The notes under the pieces are model-generated. The model did no database searches. It was not told where the DNA came from and worked only from the letters and a program-made list of their open reading frames with translations. Below are positions 16,282 through 24,505 of a DNA stretch of 26,417 bases, in pieces (position 1 is the stretch's first letter; every line of letters begins with the position of its first letter). The position numbers and the translations under genes are program-made. The stretch is from a virus (taxonomy: Duplodnaviria > Caudoviricetes). Location: positions 1-26,417 of IMG/VR virus record IMGVR_UViG_3300017909_000948, one strand, 5' to 3'.

Positions 16282-17873
16282 TGGCGATAGCACAAACATT
16301 TTTAAACAGTATAGATGAAGGTGTATTTGTTACATCAATTGATCTATACTTCTCAGCAAAAGATGATACTCTTCCTATTACTATTGGTTTGTTAGAAACA
16401 AAAAATGACAGACCAGGTTCGAAGATATTACCTTTTAGTGCTGTGACAAAAGCAGCTGCAGATGTTTCTACATCTACAGACGCAGAGACAGCTACAAAAT
16501 TTACATTTTCTAGTCCTGTGTATTTAAGAGGTGGTTACAAATATGCTCTTGGTATTGAAACAAATAGTACTAACTACAGTCTATATGTTTCTGAATTAGG
16601 TCAAAACAGAATTGGTACTACAAGAAGAATTTCTGAACAACCACTTGTTGGTAGTTTATTTAAATCACAAAACCAAGGCGCACCTATTGATATGCCTTTA
16701 GAAGATTTAAAATTCACATTAAGAAAAGCAAAGTTTACTACGTTTACACCTGCAACTTTAGAATTGCAAAATGACGCATTGACAGCTGAAGACTTAGATA
16801 GTAATCCTATCGAAACAAATAATACAGCAGGTTCTGGTACAGCGTTTGGTGGTAACCCTAAAATTTTAAAAGTAAATCATGTCAATCATGGTATGGCAAC
16901 TGGTGATACTGTAACAATCGCTGGAGTAACTGGTAACGCTTCTGATACAGCAAACGGATTACCTATTAGTGAAATCAACGCATCACACACAATCGCAAAC
17001 GTAACACTTGACAGTTATACAATTACTGTTACATCAAGTTCTACAGCAAAAGGTGTGATTGGTGGTTCGTCTGTTACTGCAACTAGAAACGTACCATTCG
17101 AAGTTCTTTACCCACAGATTGGTCAAACAATGTTTCCTGACACAGACGCAAAACACTTTGTAAGAGCAACATCTAAACAATCTGTACATGGATCAGAAAC
17201 AGGTTACACTAAAGTTAGTGCTACAAATAGAAGACAAGTCGTACCAAACGATAACTACTATTATGAAGCACAACAACAAATCGCATCACCTATTAACGAA
17301 ACAAATAATCTATCTGGTAACAAATCAATGACATATGATATTGTATTCAGTACGGCAAACGAAAACGTATCACCTGCGATTGACTTAGGTAGAACAAATG
17401 TAATTGCTGTTTCGAATAGAATGGATAGTCCTACATCTGGTAACACTACAGGATTTAAAGCAGAGACAGAAGCAGTAGGTGGTAGTGCAAGTGCGAAATA
17501 CGTAACAAAAGAAATTCAATTAACTAACCCAGCAACAGCGTTAGATATTAGAGTAAGTGCAAACAATCATCCAACAGCATCTATCAAAGTTCTTTACAAA
17601 ATTAAAAGAACAACTGATAACAGATCGTTTGATGATATACCTTATGAGTTCTTTAATTCTGATGGATCAGCTGATGATACAGTTACATACTCAGAAACTA
17701 GAACACAAACTCCTTACAACCAGGATTACTATGATAGTTTCTTTGAACAAAAATTTACTAAAGAAGGATTAGACGAGTTCTCATCATTTGCAATTAAAAT
17801 AGTAATGACAGGTACGAACCCAGCGTTTGCACCTAGAATTACAGACATGAGAGCATTAGCGCTAGCAGTATAA
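16281..17873 (+). CDS. Virion structural protein corresponding to the C-terminal part of VrlC-like proteins
   Basis: Starts MAIAQTF...GVFVTSIDLYFSAKD (compare the internal DPLAQTF motif), ATKFTFSSPVYL, GSLFKSQN, EDLKF, ends FAIKIVM...PRITDMRALALA; TAATG overlap with the upstream gene. Confidence 0.85.
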   Translation: MAIAQTFLNSIDEGVFVTSIDLYFSAKDDTLPITIGLLETKNDRPGSKILPFSAVTKAAADVSTSTDAETATKFTFSSPVYLRGGYKYALGIETNSTNYSLYVSELGQNRIGTTRRISEQPLVGSLFKSQNQGAPIDMPLEDLKFTLRKAKFTTFTPATLELQNDALTAEDLDSNPIETNNTAGSGTAFGGNPKILKVNHVNHGMATGDTVTIAGVTGNASDTANGLPISEINASHTIANVTLDSYTITVTSSSTAKGVIGGSSVTATRNVPFEVLYPQIGQTMFPDTDAKHFVRATSKQSVHGSETGYTKVSATNRRQVVPNDNYYYEAQQQIASPINETNNLSGNKSMTYDIVFSTANENVSPAIDLGRTNVIAVSNRMDSPTSGNTTGFKAETEAVGGSASAKYVTKEIQLTNPATALDIRVSANNHPTASIKVLYKIKRTTDNRSFDDIPYEFFNSDGSADDTVTYSETRTQTPYNQDYYDSFFEQKFTKEGLDEFSSFAIKIVMTGTNPAFAPRITDMRALALAV

Positions 17874-18094
17874 TGAAATTTAAAGTAGAAGGACACAGCA
17901 CATTAATTAAAGACGAGTTTACTCATGCTGTGGTAAATGATGATACAGTTGCATATAGAAAATATATGCAGAGTGTTCGTTTGAGAGAAAAACAAACCGA
18001 TCAAATGAGAACAGTAGTACGTGAGATAAATACTTTAAAGGCAGACATGAGAGAGATAAAAAGTTTATTAAAAGGAATTGTAAATGGCAGCTAG
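17873..18094 (+). CDS. Small conserved T4-like phage protein with coiled-coil C-terminus
   Basis: KVEGHSTLIKDEFTHAVVN...EINTLKADMREIKSLL; coupled to both neighbours; usual position after the VrlC-like gene. Confidence 0.8.
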   Translation: MKFKVEGHSTLIKDEFTHAVVNDDTVAYRKYMQSVRLREKQTDQMRTVVREINTLKADMREIKSLLKGIVNGS

Positions 18095-18923
18095 AACAAT
18101 ATCAGCAACAGATACACTAGAAACGTTAAGAACCACGTTTAACTCGTTATCAGAAAATGACTTTGGTGATATCGGAACGTTAGATTCTGGTCTTTCTGCA
18201 ACTAGTGTCATTGGTGCCGTAAACGAGATTTATGGTATTACAATTGCAGCTGCTGGTTTTACAATTACTGATGGTACTACATCACAAGGTGTTGGTTCTG
18301 GTGAAACACTAACAGTTACAGGAACATCAAATCAAATTTCAGCAGTAGTAAGTGCGACTGATACATTAACACTATCATTGCCAGCTGCAGTACAAGTAAC
18401 TACCTCTGTAAAAGCAGGTACACTAACAATTGCTGGTGGTAGCATCACAGATACGTCTGGTGCTATCGATTTTGGCAATGAAACATTAACAACCTCTGGT
18501 AATATATCAGCAGGAACAGTCAATAGTTCAACAGTTCCTAGTTCAGACACACTAGTCGGTAGAGCAACTACAGATACATTGACAAACAAAACATTAACAC
18601 AACCTACGATATCTCAACCGTCAATATCGGCACCAACAATAACAAGTGACATGACACTTAGACCGTCTGTTACTCTTATATTTGAGGGTGCAACAGATGA
18701 CGCTTTTGAAACAACTTTAACTGTAGCAGATCCTACAGCAGATAGAACAATTACTTTACCTAATGTTTCTGGTACTGTGATCACAACAGGTGATACAGAT
18801 ACCGTCACTGGAACTATGATAAATAATACTATTACGAGTGCGAATTTCAGTGGTTTAACAACACTACTAATTAAAAATTCGTCTGGATCGACAGTGAAGA
18901 CAATGCATAGTCCAGGTTCGTAA
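18084..18923 (+). CDS. Fibre-like virion protein
   Basis: N-terminal TDTLETLRTTFN...IGAVNEI anchor-like segment, TDTLTNKTLT and IFEGATDDAFETTLTVADPTADRTITLP fibre motifs; Thr/Ser-rich. Confidence 0.75.
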   Translation: MAARTISATDTLETLRTTFNSLSENDFGDIGTLDSGLSATSVIGAVNEIYGITIAAAGFTITDGTTSQGVGSGETLTVTGTSNQISAVVSATDTLTLSLPAAVQVTTSVKAGTLTIAGGSITDTSGAIDFGNETLTTSGNISAGTVNSSTVPSSDTLVGRATTDTLTNKTLTQPTISQPSISAPTITSDMTLRPSVTLIFEGATDDAFETTLTVADPTADRTITLPNVSGTVITTGDTDTVTGTMINNTITSANFSGLTTLLIKNSSGSTVKTMHSPGS

Positions 18924-18926
18924 GGA

Positions 18927-18934
18927 TATAAATA
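18927..18934 (+). promoter_or_regulatory. T4-type late promoter
   Basis: TATAAATA in the intergenic gap before 18960. Confidence 0.75.
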
Positions 18935-18959
18935 GAAATATGAGAAAAGGAATATAATT

Positions 18960-19892
18960 ATGGCAGTAAGAAGACCACTTTATTGGAATGGTTCAGATGT
19001 CCAAGAGATGACAGATGCCTTGATCGATGAATTAGTTGATCAATGCGTTTATCAATACTCTACTGATCCTTCCGTTACAATGTCTGTGGTAGCTAGCTCG
19101 GGAACATTAGATTCAATGGATGACACTAGAAAGAAAGCTGGTGCTCATTCTACAAGTACAACAGCGTTTCCAGCAGAAAGTACGACAGCAGAACCAGGTA
19201 CAGTAACAGTAACTTATGACAAGATGTCAAGTGCAAACGCATCTACTAGTGAAGTTGCTGATACTTCAAATCAAGCATTTCCAGTTTATTACGATGGGTC
19301 AGGTTCAATTCAATCAATGACTTTACAAGATATGAAAGACACAATTTTTGAACCAGCAATCGATCTATTAACTTCAGGATCAACAGGCACACAACAAGGT
19401 GGAACATATTTTATTTCTACTTCAACGTCTGTTTCTGGAGCAACTGAAGTATCTGGAGCAAATACTGCTGTATTTACAGATACAAGAGCTGATACTTCAG
19501 CTTATAGTTCTGGTAGTATTCCTGAAACACTTGACCAACCAACTACAATTGCTAACTATTACTTACACAAAATCACTGGCAGTGATACATCATACACTGC
19601 GCCATTGATTAACGATGGTGGTGATTTAAAAACTATACCTGATGCAGATTTCGAAACGATTCTAAAAACAGGTATCAGACACATGGCGACAAGTGAAACA
19701 GGTTATAGAATATCATATAACGTTAATGGTTCTGGAAACAATAGAGGTACAGCAATGACTGATACTATTCTAAACGGTTCTGGTAACTATCAAACAAGAC
19801 AAGTAAACACTGATGACTACAGAGCTCAGGAGTTTCCAAACGGTACCGCTGTAACAGCGACTACATATAATTTAAAAATTAATAAGTCATAG
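18960..19892 (+). CDS. Ser/Thr-rich putative virion protein with three ~100-aa internal repeats
   Basis: Late promoter and AAGGA upstream; repeats begin PLYWNG (18975), PVYYDG (19281), PLINDG (19602). Confidence 0.7.
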   Translation: MAVRRPLYWNGSDVQEMTDALIDELVDQCVYQYSTDPSVTMSVVASSGTLDSMDDTRKKAGAHSTSTTAFPAESTTAEPGTVTVTYDKMSSANASTSEVADTSNQAFPVYYDGSGSIQSMTLQDMKDTIFEPAIDLLTSGSTGTQQGGTYFISTSTSVSGATEVSGANTAVFTDTRADTSAYSSGSIPETLDQPTTIANYYLHKITGSDTSYTAPLINDGGDLKTIPDADFETILKTGIRHMATSETGYRISYNVNGSGNNRGTAMTDTILNGSGNYQTRQVNTDDYRAQEFPNGTAVTATTYNLKINKS

Positions 19893-19904
19893 GAGTAATT
19901 AAAC

Positions 19905-20423
19905 ATGGATTTAACAAGTGAATTTTTAAAAGAGCATTACTTAAATGCTTACTTCGTAGATAACGAAAGAACGCAAATTGCTATTCTTTATACAGACCCA
20001 ACAGACGAAAATCCAGACAAAGTTGTTGAGACTGTAATCAAGCACGACATGGAACACCCATGGTGTCAAGCGTTATTTGCTAGTGGCATGACTGACTTAG
20101 ATCAATTACACGAGCAAACATATCAGAAAATTAAAACTGAAAGAAAACAGTTTGAAGATTCTGTTGTTCGTATTGCAAAAAAAGAAGGTCTGATTTTTGA
20201 CGATGTATTAGACGGTTCTAAAATGGGTGTGAAATCATATCCGTTAATCGTAAATACTTTATTCGAAGATGACGAAAATGAAGATCACTTATTTGCTTTA
20301 AAACTTGCATTATTTGAAGTTCCTGCAATTAAGGATTCTAAAGATGATGAAAAGAAAAAAGCATTAAGAACTTGCACATCTAAGTTAGACGTTTTAAAAG
20401 TAGCTTTAGAATTTTTTAGCTAA
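19905..20423 (+). CDS. Hypothetical protein (charged, probably helical)
   Basis: 172-aa ORF with AGGAG upstream; last plus-strand gene, overlapping the convergent GT gene by 18 nt. Confidence 0.8.
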   Translation: MDLTSEFLKEHYLNAYFVDNERTQIAILYTDPTDENPDKVVETVIKHDMEHPWCQALFASGMTDLDQLHEQTYQKIKTERKQFEDSVVRIAKKEGLIFDDVLDGSKMGVKSYPLIVNTLFEDDENEDHLFALKLALFEVPAIKDSKDDEKKKALRTCTSKLDVLKVALEFFS

Positions 20424-20999
20424 TAGATATTTCGACCACCATCCTGTCCAACCTTGTTCTAGGATGTGGTGCATTTGGCCTAGGGTACAGATACTATAAT
20501 TAGGGTTTCCAAGTTTCTCATATTCATGCCCCTTAATTGAATAACAGATATCTGGCCCATAGGTCTCATAATCAATTTCTTTATAGTAAAACTCATCACT
20601 ACCTTTATAGTATTTCTTTAAATAGAAATCATCATCGCTTTTAAACTTATCCCATATGTGAGATACGTCACCAGTCCACGAAACTATTGAAGAATTAAGT
20701 GGAGTATGTGTATTTTCTGTTATTCGCCAGTGGTCATGTAACAATGTAAATGGTTTTCGCCATAATTTTGGTACTTTATTATAAATTATAATGTCTAAAT
20801 CGAAATATAAGTTCTCACCATCTCTAAATTTATCAAACATTTGTAATTTGTTGTACCAATTACCGTAAATGTCGTTTGTTATGACTTCAAAATCATCATA
20901 TTCGATGCCTGAGTGATGATCAATCATGTATTTTAAGTTTTCTACGTGCCAATCATTGAATTTTTTACCAAATTGACAACAAATAATTCGCTTTTTCAT
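20406..20999 (-). CDS. GT-A fold glycosyltransferase (start taken at 20999)
   Basis: WYNKLQMF, YFDLDIII (DxD), LNSSIVSW, GSDEF; TAATG coupling at 21001-20997. Confidence 0.8.
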   Translation of the reverse strand: MKKRIICCQFGKKFNDWHVENLKYMIDHHSGIEYDDFEVITNDIYGNWYNKLQMFDKFRDGENLYFDLDIIIYNKVPKLWRKPFTLLHDHWRITENTHTPLNSSIVSWTGDVSHIWDKFKSDDDFYLKKYYKGSDEFYYKEIDYETYGPDICYSIKGHEYEKLGNPNYSICTLGQMHHILEQGWTGWWSKYLLAKKF

Positions 21000-21784
21000 T
21001 ATTTCCAATATTTTTCTACAATTTTTGACTTGTTTTCGTGTATATTTTCGTTGATTCCGTTAAAATGCACAATTTTTACGTTTGGATTTACGTCATCCAT
21101 GCAAAAATAGTCTTCTTGTAAGTGTTTTATGCATAACATATTGATTTCATAGTTCTTAGCGGCGTCATTTGTCCATTTTCCAACCCAATTCAAAGGTAGA
21201 TACTTGATGTTAGCGCCATTTTCTTCTAAACAGTAGTGTACAAAGTTTTGTTCACCATAATATCTGGCATGTACAACGCCTGATTTGTAATAATGTTCTT
21301 GCCAATAGTTTGGATTCTCTATAAATCGATCCCACACATAACTTAACTCACCAGATTTGAATTTATAGAACCCACCATTGAGTGGAATGTTATGATTACC
21401 ATATGATGTGTTGATAGATTTATCAGAATTAAGTTTTGAGATCCACCAAGAACGATAAGTTCCAATAGTATTACCACTTACAGGAAATGTTAGAATATCA
21501 TCTACGTTGTTTGTAATGATTTGATCTATATCCATAATGATAATATCATCACCTGGATTCTGGTCTGCAAACTGTGGACTAAAAAATTTTAATTTATGCC
21601 AATGTTTTTTAATATCATCATGTCGATTGTATGGTAAGATTGTATCTGCTTTAATATGTTTAGTATCTGATAAACAAATAAACTCAAAATCTACAATAGA
21701 GTTTTCTTTCAAACCACGGTATAGTTTGTTTACATAGTCAGGTGAATACTTGCCTTCAAAATAAACTGTACATACTTTAATCAT
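20999..21784 (-). CDS. GT-A fold glycosyltransferase (paralogue of the downstream gene)
   Basis: KYSPDYVNKLYRGL, WHKLKFF, MDIDQII (DxD), LNGGFYKF, GEQNF, IVHFNG. Confidence 0.85.
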   Translation of the reverse strand: MIKVCTVYFEGKYSPDYVNKLYRGLKENSIVDFEFICLSDTKHIKADTILPYNRHDDIKKHWHKLKFFSPQFADQNPGDDIIIMDIDQIITNNVDDILTFPVSGNTIGTYRSWWISKLNSDKSINTSYGNHNIPLNGGFYKFKSGELSYVWDRFIENPNYWQEHYYKSGVVHARYYGEQNFVHYCLEENGANIKYLPLNWVGKWTNDAAKNYEINMLCIKHLQEDYFCMDDVNPNVKIVHFNGINENIHENKSKIVEKYWK

Positions 21785-22763
21785 TTGCTATGTGATAACC
21801 TCGCTTCTCATAATTACGCCAACAGATATCAAATCGTTTATTGATAGCATGACAAAATTTTGTTGTCTTTGGTACAAATAAATACTTGTCAAAGAAATAA
21901 TGCCAGTCAGCATCCAACCATTGTACGGGAACATTGTGTTCTTTTAACTTAACACCAAATAATGTTTCATTATCATACCCAAAAGACTTAACAATTCTAT
22001 TTGGGAAAATGGAATCACCATCTTTTAGTTTAGTCATCAATGCTAAGTCATCTTTGAAGTTATCAAAGTATGCTAATTGTTCTAAGTGTTTTTTCTTTGC
22101 ACCGATGATACCTGTATTGATTACATTGTTATCTGTAGGTAAACCTTTTTCAAATAACATTGCACCTGCATTATAAAACTTTGCTGTTGGACTACGAATA
22201 GTTTGTGTAGTTTCTGTAACTCTACCAAGTGGTAATACATTATCATCATTGTTTAATACTGTAATACCTTTATCTAAATCCCATACTTTAAAAAAGTTTT
22301 CATTTGTCATTGGTACAACATCAAAGTCTAAGTATAATACTTCATCATACATTTGACTAAAGGTATATAATAAATCTAGTTTATAAAAGTTAACAATATT
22401 ATAAGTTGTTATCTCAGGATGATCTTTTCTAAATCTGTTATAGAAGTGCTGATAGTTAATAGTATCTTCAACCATTTTAAATTCAACACCAATCTTGTCA
22501 GCATAATCTTGTTTAACTTTAATTAGTTTTTCATAGTTTGCTCTCAGCGCATTTTGTGTATTGATGTTTGTAGGTACTTGACCATCTTTTAAAAGGTGTG
22601 CATCAAAGACATCAAGTTCTTTAGTTCGAATATCAATGTATAAACTAAAGATCAATCTGTTTTTCTGATCTTTTGCTTCTGATGGATTGTAAACTTCTCT
22701 ATCATTGTGCTGTTTAAATGTAGGAGATAGTTTACCCCATGGATGCTTTTCTTTTTTAAACAT
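21777..22763 (-). CDS. GT-A fold glycosyltransferase
   Basis: KQDYADKIGVEF, YKLDLL...YDEVLYLDFDVV (DxD), INTGII, DNETLF, W-H-Y and FCHAINK. Confidence 0.8.
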   Translation of the reverse strand: MFKKEKHPWGKLSPTFKQHNDREVYNPSEAKDQKNRLIFSLYIDIRTKELDVFDAHLLKDGQVPTNINTQNALRANYEKLIKVKQDYADKIGVEFKMVEDTINYQHFYNRFRKDHPEITTYNIVNFYKLDLLYTFSQMYDEVLYLDFDVVPMTNENFFKVWDLDKGITVLNNDDNVLPLGRVTETTQTIRSPTAKFYNAGAMLFEKGLPTDNNVINTGIIGAKKKHLEQLAYFDNFKDDLALMTKLKDGDSIFPNRIVKSFGYDNETLFGVKLKEHNVPVQWLDADWHYFFDKYLFVPKTTKFCHAINKRFDICWRNYEKRGYHIAND

Positions 22764-23131
22764 TATACAAATCCTTTAGGGTTCTTACCATGACCGTCAA
22801 TTTTTTGTTTAGATTTTTTACAAAAGGTTTGACAAATTATTGGTGCGTTCTTAGGGTCTTCAAACAATACAGATCGAAATCTTTTCCAAGCTTTAGAATC
22901 AAATATTTTTGCAAAGTCTTCTCGTTTCTTTATACTAGTAATATGTAATTCTTTGTCAAAGAAACCACGTTCTTCAAAACATGGTCTAGTAGTTGGTGTA
23001 TCACATTCACAACATGGTAATACAAATCCATCATTACCAAAGTGTGGGTCTTTTCTTTGATCACCTGTTCTCAAACAATCAGGATCTATTTCTGTAGCTG
23101 GTTTAAACCATGTGGGTATTAGTTTTCCCAT
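22763..23131 (-). CDS. Stand-alone SPASM/twitch-like Fe-S domain protein
   Basis: PDCL...DGFVLPCCECD...PIICQTFC; directly follows and overlaps the radical SAM core gene. Confidence 0.65.
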   Translation of the reverse strand: MGKLIPTWFKPATEIDPDCLRTGDQRKDPHFGNDGFVLPCCECDTPTTRPCFEERGFFDKELHITSIKKREDFAKIFDSKAWKRFRSVLFEDPKNAPIICQTFCKKSKQKIDGHGKNPKGFV

Positions 23132-23823
23132 GTTACTCTCTTTTGTGTTGTGTATTCATCACTTGGTTTATATTTTGCCATTACATCATCCCACCTTACA
23201 GAGTGCATCTCTCTAAACTCCATATGTTTGTATTGCTCTGCCATTCTTCTAGCAGCTCCAATATGTTTTTCATTATAGTTAAAAACTATGTATTGCCATT
23301 TTATTTTGCAACCCATCTCTGCACCCATTTTCATAACTTCCCAAACTTGTCTACCATCTTGGTTAATTCTATACTTGTGTGATTCTTCTGGTAATCCATC
23401 AAGTGCGAAATACCACACTATCATATCTTCTCGTCTTTCATTTATCTTTCTATAGTCAACAACCTTTTGAAAAATATTACGCCACCAGTCTAATGTTTTA
23501 CCACTGCCGTTTGTGTGTATATGTAATTCTTGCCAATTAAGTTTAAGAGTGTGTTCAAGCATTTGTTCAAAGTGTGGCCAATAGATTGGATCTGACATAT
23601 TACCACATGCATCTATCTTACCAAACGTATCTAATATAATTTTGACATCTTCGAATTTTAAATTCTTTCTTCTACCAGCTTGTGTATCTGCCTTAAGTGT
23701 GTCTGCGTTCCAAGCTCTCCAACATGCAGGACATTTTAATCTGCACGAAATACCTGGTTCAAAGTTAATAGCACCATTGAGATACCATTCGTAGTCTGGA
23801 TTCTTTTTATGTGGTTCTTGCAT
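23119..23823 (-). CDS. Radical SAM enzyme (core domain only)
   Basis: CRLKCPAC (CxxxCxxC), CGNMSDP, IHTNGS, FALDGL, YRIN, WQYIVFNYNE. Confidence 0.9.
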   Translation of the reverse strand: MQEPHKKNPDYEWYLNGAINFEPGISCRLKCPACWRAWNADTLKADTQAGRRKNLKFEDVKIILDTFGKIDACGNMSDPIYWPHFEQMLEHTLKLNWQELHIHTNGSGKTLDWWRNIFQKVVDYRKINERREDMIVWYFALDGLPEESHKYRINQDGRQVWEVMKMGAEMGCKIKWQYIVFNYNEKHIGAARRMAEQYKHMEFREMHSVRWDDVMAKYKPSDEYTTQKRVTWEN

Positions 23824-24505
23824 TACCTATTAACGTAAATCTTGTTCCTCTAGTTTCAACAACTTCATCTTCCACTAAGATATTAAATTGTTCTGGTAAT
23901 TGTTCTTTAAAATTTTCTATCTTCTTAACACAATTAATATGACCTTTTAAACCATACATGTTGTTTGATTGAAAAGCAAAATGAGCATTCTTCTTTACTC
24001 TAGTCCACCATGGAGTTTTGTATGCAGGATGTGGACCCCATTCTTTCATAGGTTTCATATGTTCGCATGATGTATTAATAAACAAATCTGCTTTTGGATA
24101 TATGTGTGTTTTCCAATCTTCAAATAGATCACCTGCTATCCATTCTATCTTATCTGATTTTGGAAAGAAATAAGTCTTTGCAACTTGTAATGTTCTTTCG
24201 TCTAAATCTATGCATGTAATCTTTTTTACTTTATCATACAAATAAGATATTAGAATACTACCATACCAAGAACCCATAATTACAACTTCAGAATCTTTGT
24301 TCAATATTTTTAGATTATCAATATGATTAAGTAAATTTAATTTAGATTTAAATTGATTAGGACTAAAAGAATCTAATATATCTTTTTCTAAATCATGCTC
24401 ATGAGCTATTGCCATTAATATCTTTTCGAGTAAATCGTAATTGATATTAGGATTATCGATACTCAATATGTTCTTCAAAAATTTTACATTATCTCTTGCT
24501 ATCAT
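23807..24505 (-). CDS. Class I SAM-dependent methyltransferase-like protein
   Basis: VVIMGSWYG (motif I), ITCIDLDE (motif II), ADLFINTSCEHM, FQSNN...HINC. Confidence 0.75.
   Translation of the reverse strand: MIARDNVKFLKNILSIDNPNINYDLLEKILMAIAHEHDLEKDILDSFSPNQFKSKLNLLNHIDNLKILNKDSEVVIMGSWYGSILISYLYDKVKKITCIDLDERTLQVAKTYFFPKSDKIEWIAGDLFEDWKTHIYPKADLFINTSCEHMKPMKEWGPHPAYKTPWWTRVKKNAHFAFQSNNMYGLKGHINCVKKIENFKEQLPEQFNILVEDEVVETRGTRFTLIGNARTT

Noticed and set aside
4507-18808. Many minus-strand ORFs opposite the structural genes (e.g. 4507..4785, 6829..7140, 8795..9190, 9221..9706, 12816..13337, 18332..18589)
   Set aside because: Antisense shadows of Thr/Ser/Gly-rich genes; no motifs, and fully nested in well-supported plus-strand CDSs.
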